A stretch of DNA of 60,864 bases, filler included, from Deltaproteobacteria bacterium (GTDB lineage: Bacteria; CG2-30-53-67): NCBI GenBank assembly GCA_013151235.1. It is 5 parts of 5 records of this genome, joined end to end, with 100 filler letters (N's around TTAATTAATTAA, not from the genome) between each part and the next. Parts side by side here need not be neighbours in the genome. Positions count along the whole stretch, not along the records: positions 54,939 to 60,864 come from JAADIO010000066.1; 4 more parts are not named here. The stretch is one strand, 5' to 3'. A program made the position numbers and the translations under genes. Positions 57,779 to 60,864 of this stretch are shown here, one piece after another. How positions within the stretch are numbered: position 1 is the first letter of the stretch; every line of letters begins with the position of its first letter. Below the pieces are notes generated by a model that was not told where the DNA came from, ran no database searches, and was given only the letters and a program-made list of their open reading frames with translations.

Positions 57779-58543
57779 TCACCTCAGCAGAAAGAAGAGA
57801 AAGAACAGGAGGCACATCCCCATAAGCTGCGGCATCAGGCGCTCCGTCTCCATGTCACGAACCTGCGTTCCCGCCCCCTCACCTCCCCGGCAGCGCATCG
57901 ATTCCGTCAATCGTTCCGCCCGGTCGTAGGCCCGGATGAAGAGGATCCCCCCGAGAACCGAGGCGGAACGAAGAGCCTCCCGCTTCGAAGCGTAACCGAG
58001 GCGGACCCTCTGAGCCTCCCGGATCCTCCCTCCTTCTTCAAAGAGAAGGAAGATATAACGGAACATGAGGAGCCCCACCTCGATCAGGGTCTCGGGACAG
58101 CGGAACCACCGGATCGCCTCGAGCAGACGGTGCGAAGGGGTAGTCCGTGTTACAAGCCGGATTAGGGAAACACCCGACAGGACCTGCAGAGCGATCACCC
58201 CGCCGCGGCGGAGCCCCTTCAGCGTTGCGACAAGATGGATCCCGGCCAGGGTCACATCGAAGATGTGATGTACCCCTCCCATCCAAAAGAGCTGCGTTCC
58301 AAGGACCATGAGAGCGACCCCTGAAGGAACAAGAAACAGGCGCAGCAGGGCACCCGGCCGGATGCCCGAAGCGGCAAGGAGCCCGACGGCCGAGATAAGA
58401 AGCGCCGAGGGAAGGAGCAGGCTCCGGGCGAAAAGATTCAGGATCAGGAACCCGCAGAGGGCAAAGATCTTGACCCTGGGATCCACACCGTCCAGGAAGA
58501 AAGATCCTTTCCCCTCATTTATGATCACCCTCACGTCATGCAC
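57779..58543 (-). CDS. cbiQ: Cobalt ECF transporter T component
   Basis: DPRVK, TT, RYIF.L.EE..R..EAQ..RLG, RA..RAER...M..RG; GTG start overlapping the upstream stop. Confidence 0.87.
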   Translation of the reverse strand: MHDVRVIINEGKGSFFLDGVDPRVKIFALCGFLILNLFARSLLLPSALLISAVGLLAASGIRPGALLRLFLVPSGVALMVLGTQLFWMGGVHHIFDVTLAGIHLVATLKGLRRGGVIALQVLSGVSLIRLVTRTTPSHRLLEAIRWFRCPETLIEVGLLMFRYIFLLFEEGGRIREAQRVRLGYASKREALRSASVLGGILFIRAYDRAERLTESMRCRGGEGAGTQVRDMETERLMPQLMGMCLLFFLFFLLR

Positions 58544-58826
58544 GGGTGGTCTCTCCCTCTTCCGCCCCGTTCTCATTCTCACGGAAGAACCTGCGCCAGT
58601 TATAGCCTGCGATAAATCCGCCCACAGACCCCGCGAGGGTAAAGACAAAGAGAAGCATGTCTCCCTTGTCCGTGTTGATGTAGGGGGCGCGGCCGGGACG
58701 GCCGTATTCCCTCGCATAGTGCTCCACCACCGTCTCATCCACACCCGACCAGTTCGCGGCGAAGACCGGGGTTACGATCCCCATCCACAGGAAAGTCAGC
58801 AACAACCATATCACAATACGTTTCAC
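58536..58826 (-). CDS. CbiN-like cobalt transport accessory protein
   Basis: Two TM segments with W.GVDETVVE and GD.LLF.F..AG.VGGF..GY; lies between cbiM and cbiQ. Confidence 0.75.
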   Translation of the reverse strand: MKRIVIWLLLTFLWMGIVTPVFAANWSGVDETVVEHYAREYGRPGRAPYINTDKGDMLLFVFTLAGSVGGFIAGYNWRRFFRENENGAEEGETTRA

Positions 58827-58870
58827 GGCTATACTCCTTAATTAAAATCTGTTCAAACCGTTCAAGCCGT

Positions 58871-59620
58871 TCAAGCTGTTTGAACCGTTTGAACAGCCTT
58901 GACGATCCCCATCCGGACGAGGATCTCCGGCCTGTGCCGGTGGACGTACCGGACCAACCCTCCCGTCATCACCCCTTCCAGGACGGCCAACGGCCCCTGC
59001 GTCGGCATGAAGGCGACGAAGATCTTCGTGATCACCTCCATCACGGGATGCGCCCCGTGCAGGGCCAGCCCCAGTTCCACCGATGTGGTCAGATAGGTGA
59101 AGAGATCCGCCGCAACCCCTGCGGCGAAGCCTGCCGCGAAAAGGGAGAGTCCCATTTTTCTGCTCCCCCTGAAGAAGAACCACCCGGCGAAGGAGCCCAC
59201 GACCCCCATGGAGAGTACGTTTGCCCCGAAGGTGGTAATCCCCCCGTGCGCCATGAAGAGGGCCTGGATCAGCAGTCCCACCGATGCGACAAGGACGCTC
59301 GCGAAGGGGCCGAGGAGGATTGCGCTCATCCCGGTCCCCGCCGGATGGGAACAGGTTCCGGCGATCGGCACCGGGATGGGAAAACAGGAGAGGACAAAGA
59401 CCGCGCTCCCTGCAATCCCGAGCAGGGGGAGATACCCCGGGACATCCCTCTTCCGCTGCTGAACCTGGCGGATCCCGAAAAAGATGAAAACCACCGCCAC
59501 GGCCCACCAGAGTCCCGCCCAGGAAGGCGGAAGGATCCCCTCTGAGATGTGCATCGCGTAGGCAGGCGCCGGGAGAAAAACCAGAGACACCGCCAGAACT
59601 TTCGTGGAAAACCCTTTCAT
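58871..59620 (-). CDS. cbiM: Cobalt ECF transporter S component
   Basis: Signal peptide then MHISEG.LP, GTCSHP.G, LFMAHGGITT.GAN, TQGPLA..EG. Confidence 0.93.
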   Translation of the reverse strand: MKGFSTKVLAVSLVFLPAPAYAMHISEGILPPSWAGLWWAVAVVFIFFGIRQVQQRKRDVPGYLPLLGIAGSAVFVLSCFPIPVPIAGTCSHPAGTGMSAILLGPFASVLVASVGLLIQALFMAHGGITTFGANVLSMGVVGSFAGWFFFRGSRKMGLSLFAAGFAAGVAADLFTYLTTSVELGLALHGAHPVMEVITKIFVAFMPTQGPLAVLEGVMTGGLVRYVHRHRPEILVRMGIVKAVQTVQTA

Positions 59621-60261
59621 ACCTTTTTCCTCCTTTCCTGCAGGACAAGACGGATCATGGCGTTGACCAGCGCCACGGCAACGGGGGTTCCTCCCTTCCG
59701 CCCTTCGTTGGTAATACAGGTCAGACCGCTTTGCCGCAAATCCCTCTTCGATTCAGCGGCATCGACGAAACCCACGGGAACGCCGATGACCAGCTTGGGC
59801 TGAATCCCCTCCTCATGATGGAGACGAAGGATCTCCCGCAAGGCCGTGGGGGCGTTCCCGATCACCACGAGTGCACCCTCCAGCATGGGGCCGAAGGAAC
59901 GGACCGCGGCAGCGGAACGGGTGATCCCGGACCTCCCGGCAAGATCTATTATCCCCGGATCGCCGATCCGGCAGCAAATCTCACTTCCCCCGATGCGGGA
60001 CAGCCCGGCACGGCTGATCCCGGACGCCGCCATATGGATGTCGGTGATGACCGGTGCGCCCTCCCCGATCGCCGCCATCCCGGACCGGACCGCATCCGGC
60101 GAAAACCGGAGGGAGCGCCCCAGTTCAAAGTCGGCGGTGGCATGGATCACCCGCCGGACCAGTGGAAATTCCAGCGCAGGGAAAGGGTGTTCTCCCAACT
60201 CCTCTTCCACGATACGGAAACTTTCCGCCTCGATCGCCGCACCCTTTGACGCCGACATCAT
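59617..60261 (-). CDS. cbiC: Precorrin-8X methylmutase
   Basis: IEAESF.I, RRVIHATAD, TRSAAA, IGNAPTAL, GVPVGFV.AAESK, GRKGG. Confidence 0.95.
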   Translation of the reverse strand: MMSASKGAAIEAESFRIVEEELGEHPFPALEFPLVRRVIHATADFELGRSLRFSPDAVRSGMAAIGEGAPVITDIHMAASGISRAGLSRIGGSEICCRIGDPGIIDLAGRSGITRSAAAVRSFGPMLEGALVVIGNAPTALREILRLHHEEGIQPKLVIGVPVGFVDAAESKRDLRQSGLTCITNEGRKGGTPVAVALVNAMIRLVLQERRKKV

Positions 60262-60650
60262 GATATTTCCCCCTCCATCCCGGCCTCCCTCATCTCCCGG
60301 AAGCGGTTCAGCACAATCCGCGCAAGGAGCGGATCCCCGCCCAACTGATCCCCCAACAGGATCTCCACCTGAGGATACTTCTCCCGGCAGGACTCAACCA
60401 CCGCCGGGATGTCTTCCCGGATATGGACCCCCATGTGAAGAAAATAGGGGATCATGAGAACCCGCTCCGCCCCCTGTTCGACACAGCGGTCGAAGGCCTC
60501 TTCGATCGTGGGAGAATTCAACTGCAGGAACCCGCACTCCACGATCGGCACCTCCCCCGCCTCCCGGATCCCGGCGGCAACGGAAAACATCCCGGCATTG
60601 GCTTCCTCCGCCCGGCTTCCATGACCGATCATCAGCAGCGCTTCCGTCAT
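60258..60650 (-). CDS. cbiX: Sirohydrochlorin cobaltochelatase, short CbiX type
   Basis: GHGSR, FLQLNSP.I, PYFL..G.H..EDIP; single 130-aa domain. Confidence 0.85.
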   Translation of the reverse strand: MTEALLMIGHGSRAEEANAGMFSVAAGIREAGEVPIVECGFLQLNSPTIEEAFDRCVEQGAERVLMIPYFLHMGVHIREDIPAVVESCREKYPQVEILLGDQLGGDPLLARIVLNRFREMREAGMEGEIS

Positions 60651-60686
60651 GTGAATGAACTCCTTTCTGTGATGCTCAGTTTTTCC

Positions 60687-60708
60687 GGTGGGGTAAGCCC
60701 CACCCTAC
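60687..60708 (-). repeat. GTAG-type REP palindrome
   Basis: GTAG-GGTGGGG-CTTA-CCCCACC on the minus strand. Confidence 0.6.
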
Positions 60709-60718
60709 ATATTTAATT

Positions 60719-60864
60719 TTGATGGTGTCGTAAAAAGTCACGAAACCCTTCGACCCTTCAGCCGGCTCAGGACGAACGGTGTAAGTGATTGATATTCCGT
60801 TCGTGTGGTTCGGCAAGTTTAATGGACCGTTCGTGGTGAGCCTGTCGAACCATGAACGGAATCC
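60719..60864 (+). repeat. Dispersed REP/MITE-like element, copy 2 (runs off the window)
   Basis: Highly similar to 30328-30504; also contains the gtgagcctgtcgaacc motif. Confidence 0.8.

Noticed and set aside
60651-60864. Cobalamin riboswitch upstream of cbiX
   Set aside because: No B12-box is recognisable; the region is occupied by REP/MITE-like repeats and the window ends.

Overview
The window is a concatenation of five assembly pieces from a GC-rich, probably anaerobic Deltaproteobacteria/Desulfobacterota-like bacterium (taxonomy inferred from gene content). The pieces are joined by 100-nt N-TTAATTAATTAA-N linkers, so adjacency across linkers is not biological. Piece 1 (1-30504): recG 5' end, rpmB, an oxidative-stress cluster (FprA, rubredoxin, two rubrerythrin-like ferritins), acetolactate synthase, aspA, iscU, nuoA-B-CD-E-F-G-H-I, xerD, an MCP with a CZB domain, glyQS, ppdK and mrp. 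Piece 2: miaB, VanZ, PilZ, pilD, a PilS/PilR-like pair and a multiheme cytochrome. Piece 3: the Thr-Tyr-Gly-Thr tRNA/tuf cluster, rlmB (frameshifted), cysS and crcB. Piece 5: cobalamin synthesis and cobalt uptake genes. The highlight is piece 4 (42237-54838), a minus-strand type III-D-like CRISPR-Cas operon: CorA-family membrane effector, a compact HD-less Cas10 with GGDE instead of GGDD, a Cas7-Cas5 fusion (2-bp frameshift), Cas7-Cas7, a large insertion-bearing Cas7, an NrN-like DHH phosphodiesterase and cas6. This gene set predicts SAM-AMP-type signalling on an unusual fused effector with no visible Csx19 or Cas11 gene. Next to it lie an IS21 remnant, an integron attC site and a low-GC cassette-like ORF. 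No CRISPR array is visible; the contig ends inside cas6. All calls come from motif recognition by eye; no database searches were run.
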